From the NCBI RefSeq assembly GCF_016433145.1, contig NC_058133.1, positions 474,839,660 to 474,903,659 on the forward strand: DNA of 64,000 nt, given 5' to 3'. Source of the stretch: Gracilinanus agilis. Taxonomy: Eukaryota. The notes under the pieces were generated by a model. The model was not told the origin of the DNA and searched no databases. It saw nothing but the letters and a program-made list of their open reading frames with translations. This document shows positions 38,543 to 50,520 of the stretch, piece after piece. The position numbers were made by a program, and so were the translations under genes. Every line of letters begins with the position of its first letter. Position 1 is the stretch's first letter.

Positions 38543-39307
38543 CTGAGGGATGAAGTGGAAAAGAGAGAGATCAGTCACAGCCCCAAAGTCAGTAGCCACG
38601 GAGGAAAGGAGAGGAGTCACCCCCACACAGAATGGGACAGAAGACAAAGAAATGGGGAGGAAGGTCAGGGAGGGTCAGGGCAACCCCACCCCCACTCTCC
38701 CATCTCCCCCTCTTTGCTCTGGCTCCCCCTTCCCCCAAAAGACCTGAATGGGCTCCCCCCTCACCTAAATACCGCCTTCTGCCAGAGGAATTTCCAGGTC
38801 TACCTGGCTGCTCTTGCCTTCCCCTTTTTAGATGACTTTCCATCTACTCTGGATCTATCTTGGGATCATAGATTCAGGAGTAGAAGGAAACTCAGAGGCC
38901 ATTAAGCCCAAGCCCCCTCGTTTTACAGGTGACGAGAAACAAGCGAGGCCCAGAAGTTAAAGTGACTTACTCAGGATCACAAGGCTGACGCACAATTTGA
39001 ACCAGCCGTCTACCCACCACATCACCCAGCTGCCTAGGAACTGATTTCTCGTCCCCCTTCACTCAAATGTGAGCTCCTAAGCCCTGCACCTGGCACCCAC
39101 CACTTGTTTCCTTGTGTCCTTTCTTCCTTCTTGAGGGCAGAGACTAAAGATGCATTTCTTTGTGCCCCCAGAGCCTAGAACCGTTCCCAGCACATAGTAG
39201 GCATCTTAATATGTTTTTTGGCTTTCAGCTCTTCCTCTGCTCTCTCTTCTCCCTCTCTCTCCCCAAAACAGACACATACACCTATGGAACCCTAGCCAGC
39301 CTCTTAC

Positions 39308-39396
39308 CTAAATGACATGGTGAACCACACACCCATCATCATCAGGGTGATGCGCCGATATTCGGGGCCAAAACAGGAAAGGAAGTTCCCCCAAAC
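39308..39396 (-). CDS. SV2A: SV2A coding exon (89 nt)
   Basis: VWGNFLSCFGPEYRRITLMMMGVWFTMSF; GTAAGA donor. Confidence 0.96.
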
Positions 39397-39512
39397 CTAG
39401 AGGTGGGGGGTAGACAGTCAAGGGGAGAAGGAGTGGTGTACCCCAGATAGAGCCACCTCCTCCCAGCTCCCATTCTGTCCTCCTTTCTCCCCCAGAAGAA
39501 TCCCCCTGTTAC

Positions 39513-39623
39513 CTGGCCCCCCAGGCTCATTGCCCGGACCCCCCAGCGCTGGTACCAGGTCCCTGTGTCGGACTGGATCTCAATCAACTCGTCCTCCTGT
39601 CGGATAGTCTTAATGTGGGTCAC
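39513..39623 (-). CDS. SV2A: SV2A coding exon (111 nt)
   Basis: VTHIKTIRQEDELIEIQSDTGTWYQRWGVRAMSLGGQ. Confidence 0.97.
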
Positions 39624-39908
39624 CTGGAAGAAAAGAGACAGATCTAGTCCTCAGGTTCCATTCCAGGAGGTCATGGAGCAGGGAGACAAGCTAGATAGGA
39701 TGCAGGCACCCGTGCACACACGCACAGACGTGTGACTCAATGTGAGATCGCTCTGAGGGTGTGGAGAGGATCATAGGGAGGTTTGGAGTGGGGGCAGAGC
39801 CACATAGCTTAACCTACGAGAAGAAGGAATGGAGGGGACCCTGGACACTCTCCGTATAGTCTGTAGAGATCCCAAAGGGGAAGAAGTCATACCCAGGGGA
39901 CAACTTAC

Positions 39909-39998
39909 TGAAAACACTCTTTCCGGATGCCCCTTCGCCCTCATATTGGTGTCATGGACTTGCTTCAGGACCATCCAGGCTTCATCGTGTTTCCCGTT
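39909..39998 (-). CDS. SV2A: SV2A coding exon (90 nt)
   Basis: NGKHDEAWMVLKQVHDTNMRAKGHPERVFS; GTAAGT donor; pyrimidine-poor acceptor. Confidence 0.95.
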
Positions 39999-41591
39999 CT
40001 ACATCACAGACATAGCCACAGGTTTAAACCTCCCAACCTCTGGAGATCACAGCTGCTTCCCTCAATTCTAGTTCCACCCTCCCTCCCACCCACCCCCTAT
40101 CCTCACTGCCAGGCAGACCAGGCTTCTTCGGAGTCCTGCTCTGAGAGTTACAGACAATTAGTCTCTCCCATAAAGGGCTTGGGTTCAAATAACCAGACTT
40201 TGCTAGTTGTAAGATCCTAGGCAGGGCAGTTCCATTCCTTGATCCTTAGTTCCTTCTTCTGTAAAATGAGAAGGCTGGACTAAAGACATTTAAGGTCCCT
40301 TCTAGGTCTAAGTCTAAGAGACTCAGAGACATACCACCACCCTAATCCACTACCACCCTTATCCCCCATACACACACGATTTTTAAAATATATTTTATTT
40401 TTTCCCTTGTTTTTGAGTTTCTTTTTTCTTTCATTTTTGTACTTGAACACATTGTCAATATTAATCTTTTTTTTAAATTTTTTGCAGTAATAGAAGTTTA
40501 AAATAAAATACATTTGTTCTAATATTCTGAATTTCCCAAGAAAGGGGTAGCCTGGGAGCTGAAAAGAACTTTAGAAATTATCTTGTCCAATCCCATCATT
40601 TAACAAAGGAAGCATCTAGAATCCATTAAATAACCTGATTAAGGTCACACACACTGACTTGGGAGTATCCGTTCCAAGACTAGAACTAGAACTCGGGCTT
40701 CCTGATTCCCATTCCAGGGCTCCTTCCCTGGCTGGACTCTTTCCTGGCTCAATGGGATCCAAATAGCTATTTGGATGGAGGGCAATAGAAGAACAAGACA
40801 AGGAGAGATTTTTAGATGTGGATCTCATTGGCAGGGAAAGGGAGAATCGGGGAGAAAAGGAAAATGATGAAAAGGGTCTAGTTGGACCAAAGAAGTAAGG
40901 AGGGAGGGCATGGAATCAGAGATGGAAAGCTGAAAGGGACCCCAGACATCATTTAATCCAACCTCCTCATTTGGAACATAACTGGAGGGCAATGGGCCCA
41001 GGCAGGTAGGAACTTTCCCAACCCTCCTCTCGGTGACTATTAAACAACCCTCTCTTGTTCTAAAAGGAGGAGAAGAAGCCTCAAGGAAGTATGAAAGGAA
41101 AGGAAGGGAGATTAGCACAAGCAAGTTGACAAGAGCACAATGACAGAGGAATAAAGGCTGAGCCACTAAGAGGAGGAACAATAAGCTGGTGAGATAGAGG
41201 CCACACAGAACAGACAGCAAGTGGCCTGAATTGCTGAGAATAGAACTGGGGATTCCTCCCTTCCCTGACCTTCGCTTCTATTCACTCATTAGCTCTTGCA
41301 GGAAGAAAGGAAACACATATTTATTAAGCACATGCTAACCACTGTGCTAAATGCTTTACAAATAAATATTATTTCATTTGATCCTTACAACAACCCTGAG
41401 AAGTAGGTGCTATTGTTATTCCTGTTTCACAATTGGAGCAGACAGATGTTAAGTGACTTGTCCAGGGTCACAATGCTGGTAAATGACTGAAGCAGGAGTT
41501 GAACTCAGGTCTTCCAGACTGCAAGCCCTATAGCACCTCTCTCAGGTAATGAGGCTGGGTTATCAACCTTTGTTCCTTAAGAGCTTGTTTT

Positions 41592-41800
41592 GGGCAGCTG
41601 GGTGGCTCAGTGGATTGAGAGCCAGGCCTAGAGATGGGAGGTCCTGGGTTCAAATCTAGCCTCAGACACTTCCCAGCTGTGTGACCCTGGGCAAGTCACT
41701 TACCACCCCACCCCCCCATTGCCTAGCCCTTACCACTCTTCTGCCTTAGACCCAATACCCAGTATTGATTCGAAGACAGAAGGTAAGGGTTTAAAAAAAA
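41592..41800 (+). mobile_element. SINE1_Mdo-like SINE
   Basis: 13-bp TSD AAGAGCTTGTTTT on both sides. Confidence 0.9.
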
Positions 41801-42722
41801 AGAGCTTGTTTTGCCTTTGGCTCATTATTGTTGGTTAAAACAAACAGGCTAACCATTACATTTCTGACCTCCATGTTCCATCACTTGAGTATATCTGAGA
41901 GAAAGCCAAGGATCCAGATTCATTTCTAAGCAAACAAGTGTAAGCTCTTGGTTGAAAAGGCTTTTAACAAGCCAGGAGCTAATATTGCTAAAGGAATACT
42001 TCTTCTTCCTATTGTCTTCTCCCTTGGGTGTGAAAGGAAAACCGTTCTCCCTAAGGGTAGAGCTGAAGAACTCGATTAGATAGCAAGTCAGCCTTAAGGG
42101 AGGCACTGAAGGGAAAAAAAGAGTATGACACCTGAGGATTGGGACTAGAAAGGGAGAATTACTGGGGCTAGCCCTCTTCCCCATCACCCCAATACCACCT
42201 ACCCCACACAACTGCTAGATAAAGTTGAGAATAAAGTGTCAAAGGTAGGATTTGCACCCAGATCCTGACTCGAGGGCTCTTGATGTCTAGACCAAATGAC
42301 AGCTGATAGGAGGAATAATGTGGCAAGAGGGGCAGAACATACCAGAAAACCACTTAACTCAGGGCTTTGAACTGAAGGCCCCCTGGAAAAAAAAAAACTG
42401 TCCTGTCCTTCACTTTGGAGTAAGAGCATGGAATAACGTATGGAACATATTAAGCCCCCAATGACATTAAAGAGCCCCATATCATATCCAAAATGCCACA
42501 AAGGCCAAAGAGGAAAGGCAGGTGGCAAAATCGTACCCCACAGAGAAAAAGCAGTTGGGGAGGAAGAGTGGGGCCCCAACAGAGCCAGGATCAAATTGAA
42601 CCAGGTAAAAGTCATAAAACCCTCAAAAATCAATAAATGAATCAGCAGATAAAAAGTAAAAACCAAGTAGCCAGAATCCCAAAGCAAAAGATCCTCCTCT
42701 CCCAATTTCCATCACCCTTTAC

Positions 42723-42856
42723 CTCCAGGAAAAATCGAGGACTCTCTGGCTGTGTGGTCAGGGCCCCAATGGCAAACACAGAAGGAAAGGCACACACGAG
42801 AACAAAAACCCGCCAGCTGTGGAACTGGTAAGCAGAACCCATCTGGAAACTCCATC
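42723..42856 (-). CDS. SV2A: SV2A coding exon (134 nt)
   Basis: WSFQMGSAYQFHSWRVFVLVCAFPSVFAIGALTTQPESPRFFLE. Confidence 0.97.
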
Positions 42857-43070
42857 CTGAAAAAAACAAAAAACAAAGCTGAAGGAATATCATTGGAAAC
42901 CAGGAAGAAACTAGCTCATCTGGCAGCTCCACCCTGGATGAAGAGCCATTTTGGAAAAAGGAGATTCTCGGGCTTTCCCTCAGGTTGGGAATGAAGGTTC
43001 CAGACTAAGGGGAGTTTCTGCCTCAGGGTGAGGAGCATAAAGGAGAAAAGATCCTTTGGAGGGCTCTCAC

Positions 43071-43222
43071 CATAGTGAGGAATGATGGCCCAGGCCATGG
43101 CAGCTGCATACACACCACCAATCATCCAGAACATGCAGAGCCAACTCAAATGCTCCCCTCGCTTCTCTTGGGCCAGGAACTCAGAGAAATAGGAGAAAAC
43201 AATAGGGATGGACCCCCCAATC
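43071..43222 (-). CDS. SV2A: SV2A coding exon (152 nt)
   Basis: IGGSIPIVFSYFSEFLAQEKRGEHLSWLCMFWMIGGVYAAAMAWAIIPHY. Confidence 0.97.
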
Positions 43223-43910
43223 CTGCAGGGAATTGAAGAGAAGAGGTTGCTAAAGAGAAAGTCAGGAATAAAATCCCCATCCGAACCCCTCACTGCTCCC
43301 CAGATCCAGACTGCTCCCACCAGATCAGAACAGACTTCCAATCATTCCCCTGCCATCAAAGCCATTCCTTAATTTCTCTCTCCCTTGAAAGATTGGGAAA
43401 GTAATCTATGGCAGGAATCAGGCTTCTAAAATGAGGGGTTCTCCAGAAAAAGGGAGGGAGCAAATGGAAAGTCTTAAAGATTCAGAGGGTTGAGGAGATT
43501 AGGACCGTTAAATGGGGAAAGTCCTAGGGGGAGAAATTTAAGGAAGAGAAACTGGAGGGGAAGGTCTACACAAAAGTCTAGACAGTAGGGCAGATACAGG
43601 GCAGTGACGGTTAGAGACTGGAGGGCAGTTTAGAGAGACACTGGAGATACCAAGAGGAAGGAAAGTCCAGGGTTTGGCCAGGTTCAATAGTGGTGGGAAA
43701 ATTAGGTATCTGAGAGGGGTGAGAAAGCCTCTCGGTGCTATGGTCTCCACTAGAAGATCTTCATGGAGGTGGAGGCATTTCTGAGGAGCAAGTATGGGAA
43801 ATTGTGGCTATTGAAATGGGAAAGTACATCTAGCAATTTGTTGTAGGTGAATTTGGGGAATACTAGGGGGATGGGGAAAGGAAGGAGGGAACTTTGGAGT
43901 TGTTGCTCAC

Positions 43911-44091
43911 CCAACCCCAGAGAGAAGGCGGCAGAGGAGGAAAGTGCCATAGCCCTGGACAAACGACGAAAAAAATGCGAAGACGCTGTTGACTGAGAGA
44001 GAGATGAGCAGACACTGTCGCCGGCCCAGTCGGTCAGCCAGACCCCCCCAGAGAAAGGCACCAACCATCATACCCAGGTAGACAATGAGGC
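43911..44091 (-). CDS. SV2A: SV2A coding exon (181 nt)
   Basis: LIVYLGMMVGAFLWGGLADRLGRRQCLL...CRLLSGVG, containing the MFS motif A (GGLADRLGRR). Confidence 0.97.
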
Positions 44092-45361
44092 CTGGAAGGA
44101 GAAACATAGAAAGGAAAGGGTGGGGAGGTCAGTCATGACTCCTCTAACCACATGAGTACAAAATGAGATGAAATTACAGCAAGATGGAACAAGGTTAAAC
44201 CTGAAGAGACATCTGGTTGCTTAAGTGGATCATGGGTTAGGAAACAAGATTAGTGTTAAGGCCCTGTTTGGCAAGGAAATGGACATGGCAAACATGGCAA
44301 GAGTCCAAAGAAGAACCCCTGAATGAAAACATAATGGGGCCCTGGACTAACTGATATGGGAATAAAGAATGAATGAAATCCACAGACTTCAAGGTCCCTC
44401 CGTCCAGGACCCTTTCAAAGCCAAACCAGAGCCCCCTCCCTATTGGCTTCACACTCAAGGTTCAGTTAGAAATCTCTTGTTGTGTTTGTGTTTGTTTTTG
44501 GTGAAGGAGATAGTTCATCTCCAGTTACTAAATCTCTCAATCAGGAAACCTCCATCTCCCAGAATGGATCTAACCTTTATACCCTCCAACTCCAATTTCA
44601 ACCCTTTCTCTTCTTTCCAAACCTCTTCCCTTTCATAGTGAGTCTTTGAAGTTCTCTCCTTCAGGGAAGGAGTCAACAGAGACTTCCTCTCTCCCAACCT
44701 TTTGTTCTGGGACTATTGGTAATTTAGCACTTCCAAGGGGCATTCAAGTGTCAATGGATTATACTTTTTTCAGCCCAGAAACTTCATGAGTTCTCAGCTA
44801 CACATCCCCATAAGAAACTGACATCTGGGGGCAATCATCCCTCTCTCCCATCTAAGCAAAAGAAATAGGATTCAGACCCCCCATTTTCCATTCCCTTCCC
44901 ACCAAAGAAAAGGAATAAGCCATCTCCCAGTAAGGCAAAAAGGATGCCTAGATGAGTGGAAAGTGGCCTCCCAATATGATAAATGATTAAATGTCATGAA
45001 GATACACCATTTCCCTATTTCCCTTGACCCTGGTCCATCTCCTAAGGGAAGTGAGAAGTCATGAGGGGAAAAAAACATAAAGCATTACTATTATGTAACC
45101 CCAAGGTCAGAAGTTGAGCTGGCCATAGATTTTTTTTCCCCCACTCTCTACAAGAAAATAGCCATGGTGTAACTCATTAGGGAAGGACCACAAGGTTGCC
45201 AAACTTTAGGGAACTGGGAAAAGGAAAGAAGATCTAGAAGACTTACTGGGGGGAAGGGTCCCCTCAGTGCCCAGTAGATTTTCTTTGGCCAGAGTTGAAA
45301 TGGAACAGAGAACCAAGGAATGAGAGGTGGAAAATAGACAGGAAAGATGTTGGCTTCTCAC

Positions 45362-45983
45362 CCAGCATGCCCTTGTTGGAGTCAGACAGGCACATGTCCT
45401 TCTCAGCACTGGGCAGCACAAACCCCACCACGAAGACTTCTACCCCATCAGCCATAAGTGCCAGACCCAGGACAAAATAGAGGGTCCATTGGAACCGGCC
45501 ATGGCCACATTCCCGCAAGATGGTTTCATACTGCTGAGCCAGCTCTTCTCTCTCCTTCCGCCGCTGAGCTTCCCCACCAACTCCAGGGCCTTCTCCGTCC
45601 CCTAGACCTCCCCTCACTCCAGCCAGGGGAGCACCATCTGCCAAACGATCTCCCTTTCCCCCTGATTCTCCCCGGGGGATTCCCTGATATTCCCCCTCAT
45701 AGATCTCCTCATCCTCATCATGGCCTTCAGTAGCATCACTGGATGCACCCCCCTCATCTTCATCTTCCCTAACTCCCTCCCCTCGGTAATACCCATCTGC
45801 TGGGGCAGGGAAGTCATCATCATCATCATCCTCCTCAAATCGGGCATAGGACCTCCGGGAATACTCATCTTGAACTCTGTCAAGACCCTTGACAACCTTC
45901 TTGGTTGCATGCTTCTTGACCTCCTTTGCGATATCTTTGGCTCCACGGATGAAGGCTGTCCGGTCACGGAAGCCTTCATCCAT
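45362..45983 (-). CDS. SV2A: SV2A first coding exon (622 coding nt)
   Basis: MDEGFRDRTAFIRGAKDIAKEVKK...SDSNKGMLG; gccATGg Kozak; GTGAGA donor. The exon probably extends as 5'UTR to an acceptor at about 46380. Confidence 0.98.
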
Positions 45984-47674
45984 GGCAGTGACTAGAGTCT
46001 TTGGACACCCCTCAGGGGTCCTCCCTCTGTCTTCTCTCCCTCCCTGTTTTGTCCCCTAAAAAAACTCTAGATTTTAGAAGATCCCCTAATGAATACACTT
46101 TACCCCAAGTAAAGTACATTCAAAGAGCTTTGGGCATAGAGTAAAAGAGGAGGTAGAACTTAAAGGGGGCATGTATTGGAGGAGTAAGGACAAAGAGAGG
46201 AAGGCTTTGATGGTATTTGGTAGAAAACATAAACCTACAACCTGTTCAGCATAGTCAAAAAGTAGGGAGCTGGGGAAAGGGAAGGGAAGGGAAAGGCAAA
46301 TCAAGCTGGTTGGAGCTGTGCTGGAATGTTCCGGCTAGCAAAGGAAGAGCCGTCAGGTCTCTGTAGGGAACATGGTTGTCCTGGAAGATATAGGAAAAGA
46401 AAAGAAAAAAGAAAAAAAGGATAAGAATCAGAAGAAGCCAATCAACATCAAATGTAGCCCCTTTCCCATCCCAATCCCCCACCATGCCCAACCCAAGCTT
46501 TAAAAATGAGACAATGCCTCTAGATTATTATGACTGGACCAGAGAGAAGACCCAGAAGGTCATCTTTCCCCTCCCATTAGACCCCTCTCACCTTAATGTT
46601 GGAGAACAGGTCCAAGCACCACAGAGAGACTATTTAGAATCCTACTCTATTAGCTTATCCTATCCCTTTTCCATTATGTTCAGAAACCCTACCTGCCCTA
46701 CCAAGAACTAGACCCAGAGATTAAAAAAAAAAAAAAACCAGCTATATTAGCACTGTTGTCTAATTTCCTTTAGCTTTCCATCTTTTTATTTTTATTTTTT
46801 AATTTTTGATCCAATATATTTAGAGGGTATGTTTAGTCCCACTGTCTGGTCGCCATGATCCTCATTCTAATTTATATTTGGAGGCAGAATGGAAGAGTGC
46901 AATAAGGCAGTTTTTGATGATGGGGTTTCCACAGCCTATTCATCATCACACCTCATTGGCCCACATTCCACAAGGACAACCTTTCTGATTTTTTAAAGAC
47001 TGTATTAGATGCTTCATGCCTCTCTGTCTGTGTCACAGATACAACCCTATCAAGGTCAGGAAGTCTGGGGCCCATAGACAGAGTGTCGAGTAAACACCAT
47101 TGAGTCCAAATTCCTTCATTTCACAGATGTCAGAATTGAGACCCAATGAAGTGAAGTAATTTGGCATGACTAAGTCATGTCCTTGAAAGTGGCAAAACTA
47201 AAATTTAATCCTCGAGTCTCTGACTTTTCCACTCCACTATGGTACAGTGTCTCCCTCTCCTATGTTGGACTTCACAGAGATTGGCATGACTGGTCTAGCC
47301 AGAGCAAAGATTCACATCCTTGTAGGAAACAGAACTAATTGGGGGCCAACTCTGGGAACAACCTAAAGGGAAGGAAATCTTAGCTAGGAAAAGGGAAGGA
47401 AAGAAGGAAAAAATAAGCAGGTCATGGGTTAAGGGATATATTAGGAGGTTATGACAAAGTAGCTTCTTCTAAGTGCCTCCAAGATCCTCCTAGATGTACC
47501 TAACCTATTTTCCTGACCAGATCATACAGGGAATCAAATGAAAAATAAAAACCAAGATTTGAGTAGGAGGTATGCCTGGGAAAGTATGATCATCACTTTC
47601 CTCCAGGGTCCAACAGCTGGATTCCCTTTCTCTCATAAGTGGGGTGGAGGATCTTCTTTTCTTTCTTTCTTTCT

Positions 47675-47866
47675 TTTTTTAAATAAACTCTTTTTGTCTT
47701 AAAATCATTCCTAAGTATTGGTTCCAAGGTAGAAGAGTGGCAAGGGATAGGCAACTGGAGTTAAGTGACTTGCCTAGGGTCACACAGCTAAAAAGTATCT
47801 GAGGTCAAATTTGAACCCAGGACCTCCCAGGCCTGGCTCTTTATCCATTTAGCCCCCTAGCTGCCA
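47675..47866 (-). mobile_element. SINE1_Mdo-like SINE in SV2A intron 1
   Basis: Reverse complement of the consensus. Confidence 0.82.
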
Positions 47867-48531
47867 TATAGGGGAATCTTATTCATTTCAATCTTACCTC
47901 TTGACTCCTTCACTTGAGAGATCTTTGGTCTTCTTCCCAGTTTATTCCCCCATACCCTTCCCCACCATCCCTCCCATTGCAGTCTTCCCCTCTTAATCCC
48001 CACTTAATCCTTTCTGTCCCTCCTCCCTGGGGATGGGGAAAAAAGATTCAGGGACACTGCATTGCGTCAAAGATTGGTGCAAAATAAGGGGGGATGTGGG
48101 CTCCCCCAAAAAATACAGTCCAAGGAAAAGATCACATGCTCTTGTGGGGGAAGGGGGGTGTTTAAAGTCTTATTAGGGAGAGCTCCCTTATAAACAGCAT
48201 TGGGTGAAGTTGGGGAGATTAAGGACACTCCTAGATAAGAGATTGGGAGTAGTAATAGAAAGAGCAGAAATCAGAGTCTAGTTCCCTCAGGCTGAGTGGC
48301 TAAAACCAAGAGCAGCTTGACCAAGACTAGTGATCTCTAGAGAAGAAGGAGGACCAGTTTGGGAGTCAGGGGGTCTCAATTTGAATACTGTCTCTGCTAC
48401 TTACTTACCTGTATGACCTTGTACCACTTCTCTGAGTCTCCTTTCCTTATTAAAAGGAAAGAATTAGGCTAGATGGCTTCTAAAGTCCCTTCCTAAATCT
48501 ATATTCCTTTGATCTTTCCCATTAACAGTGA

Positions 48532-48532
<1 letters not shown>

Positions 48533-48570
<38 letters not shown>
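48533..48570. repeat. (CA)n microsatellite
   Basis: Direct read, about 19 units. Confidence 0.95.
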
Positions 48571-48573
<3 letters not shown>

Positions 48574-50341
48574 TTCATCTTCCATGAAGAAGAAAGAATT
48601 GAAGAATCTCATCCAAGTTATCCCCTCCCCTATCCAAAATGGGTCTACCAAGAGTCCTGCAGGAGGAAGCAGGATTAGCCTGAGATCATACCCTGTGGTT
48701 GTCACTATTGGCCCCAGGGATTTGGAGACTAAAGATGGTCTCCAGAGCAGTGAAGCAGCTCAACCTTTCTCCCCAGGTAACAGGGAGTCAGAAGAGTCAG
48801 ATGAGGAAGAAGGGAAGACAGAGATTCCAAGAGCTGGCTAAGGCTAGAGGAAATAATGTTATTTTTAGCTTCAATAGCAATGGAGTATGTAGGGAGGGAG
48901 AGGAGGCTGGAGAGAAGGGAGAGCCTAGGAGGGTATAATATAGAGGCAATCTAGTTATAAACCCCTTCAGACCAGAAAGGCCGAATTCACTCCTAAGAGG
49001 CACATTCAAAGGTATGGATTCTATGCAGCAAGTGTATGGAGGGAATCAGGTGTTTTCAGAGTCCTTAAATCAAATGGTGGTTGAGAGATCTGGGGTTCAG
49101 AAGGACCCCAACACCTCAAAAGTCCTCAGATATGAAACGATCCATCTCTTCCCCTCCATCCCCCATCACAAGTGACAAGGTCATTGGTAAATCGAATACA
49201 TCCAAATCCCCACCCTCCTGAGAATAAGATGCTACAGGAGGTGCCCTAGAGCCTCCCCCTCCTTTCCAGCAGGATAAGCAGAATCTCAGCCCCCACCTCA
49301 AGGAGAAGCAAGGCTGTGCTAACACCTCCCCCCTCTCCCTGCACCCCCCTCCCAATTTCACTCCAAGCGTATATATACGTGAGGAAAAGGCCACTGCTGT
49401 GAAGATAAAATGGAGGTGACAGCTGAGACTGCAAGGGAAGGAATATGGAGAGACAGGCATTCAAAGACAGACAAACAGGACAGAGGGACAGAGGCCTGAA
49501 AAATGCCAATATTTGTTCACAAGTGCCCTCCCCCCATTTTTCCTGGTCTGGAGGGCAACAGGGCACCAAGAATTAACCAGTTGGCTTCTCTAAGCCCCTT
49601 TCCCCACCTCCCACCTACCCCAAGTCTTCACGCTAGACTAAGGTCCATTATCACCCCCAACATTTCCCGCCTTTATCAATTGCCCATATCTCTAGGTATC
49701 AATCCCTCTCTCTACCTTACTCCTGGCTATTTACCACCCTCCCCACATGCAAAATCCCCACAATCTACCCCTCTAACCCTCCTGAATCTCCTAATAGGTG
49801 CATTGATCTCGCTCTATTTTCATCATTCAGTATCTAGCCCCCTTCCCACTCCCAACCTATTTACCTCAAGCCTTAAACAGAGGAAAAGGAGACATAATCT
49901 ACCCCCTCACCACCCCCACCACCCCCTTGCCAAGGTCATTTATCCTCAGTACTGATGTAGGAGAGACGGGAAAGGAAAGAGGAGGTGAAGGGTAGGCTTT
50001 AGGGCTTGGGGGATTTGGGTAGAGTTATATTTCATACAATTCCCCCAATTCCACCCCCACCCCCATCTCAAAGGGATTGGGGAGAGAATGTGAGAGAGAG
50101 GGGGAGGGAGGGAAGGAGAGAGGGAGAGCCTCTTAGTAGAAATTAATTAATTAATTAATATCCAAACCTACAACAGCACCTGATGAAAGATGAGGGGGGA
50201 CCCCCCCAAAAAGGGCACTGGAGCATAAAATGGCTCCAATTTGAGTGGAGAGGAGGAAGCTTCAGATGCAGGGAATGAATGGGGGGCAGGAGGGAGGGGA
50301 GAAGGGCGCCGGAAAGGAAGGGATGAGTCGGGGGGTCTCAC

Positions 50342-50520
50342 CTGGAAAGGGTCCCCGCAGCAAGGAAGTAGGGGGAAGAATGTCGGGGCTGCTGGGAGGA
50401 GGCAGCAGCAGCGGCTGCTCTGGGTACCAGAGGAAGCAGCAATGCAGACCTGCCCCCCCAACACACACCCCAGCTCCGCCTCTCCCCCCCCCTCCCCAAC
50501 TCGCGCAGCCGAGCATCGGG
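50342..50520 (-). other. SV2A: Probable non-coding exon 1 of SV2A within a GC-rich promoter
   Basis: Strong donor CAG|GTGAGA at 50341 ending a GC-rich (GCT)n-containing block; C-rich GC boxes upstream. The TSS is approximate. Confidence 0.65.

Noticed and set aside
48859-48868. MEF2-like TTATTTTTAG in SV2A intron 1
   Set aside because: A single AT-rich 10-mer, also seen at about 19817; expected by chance without conservation data.
49368-50159. Short palindromes CGTATATATACG and (AATT)n in SV2A intron 1
   Set aside because: Low-complexity sequence with no supporting exon or promoter structure.
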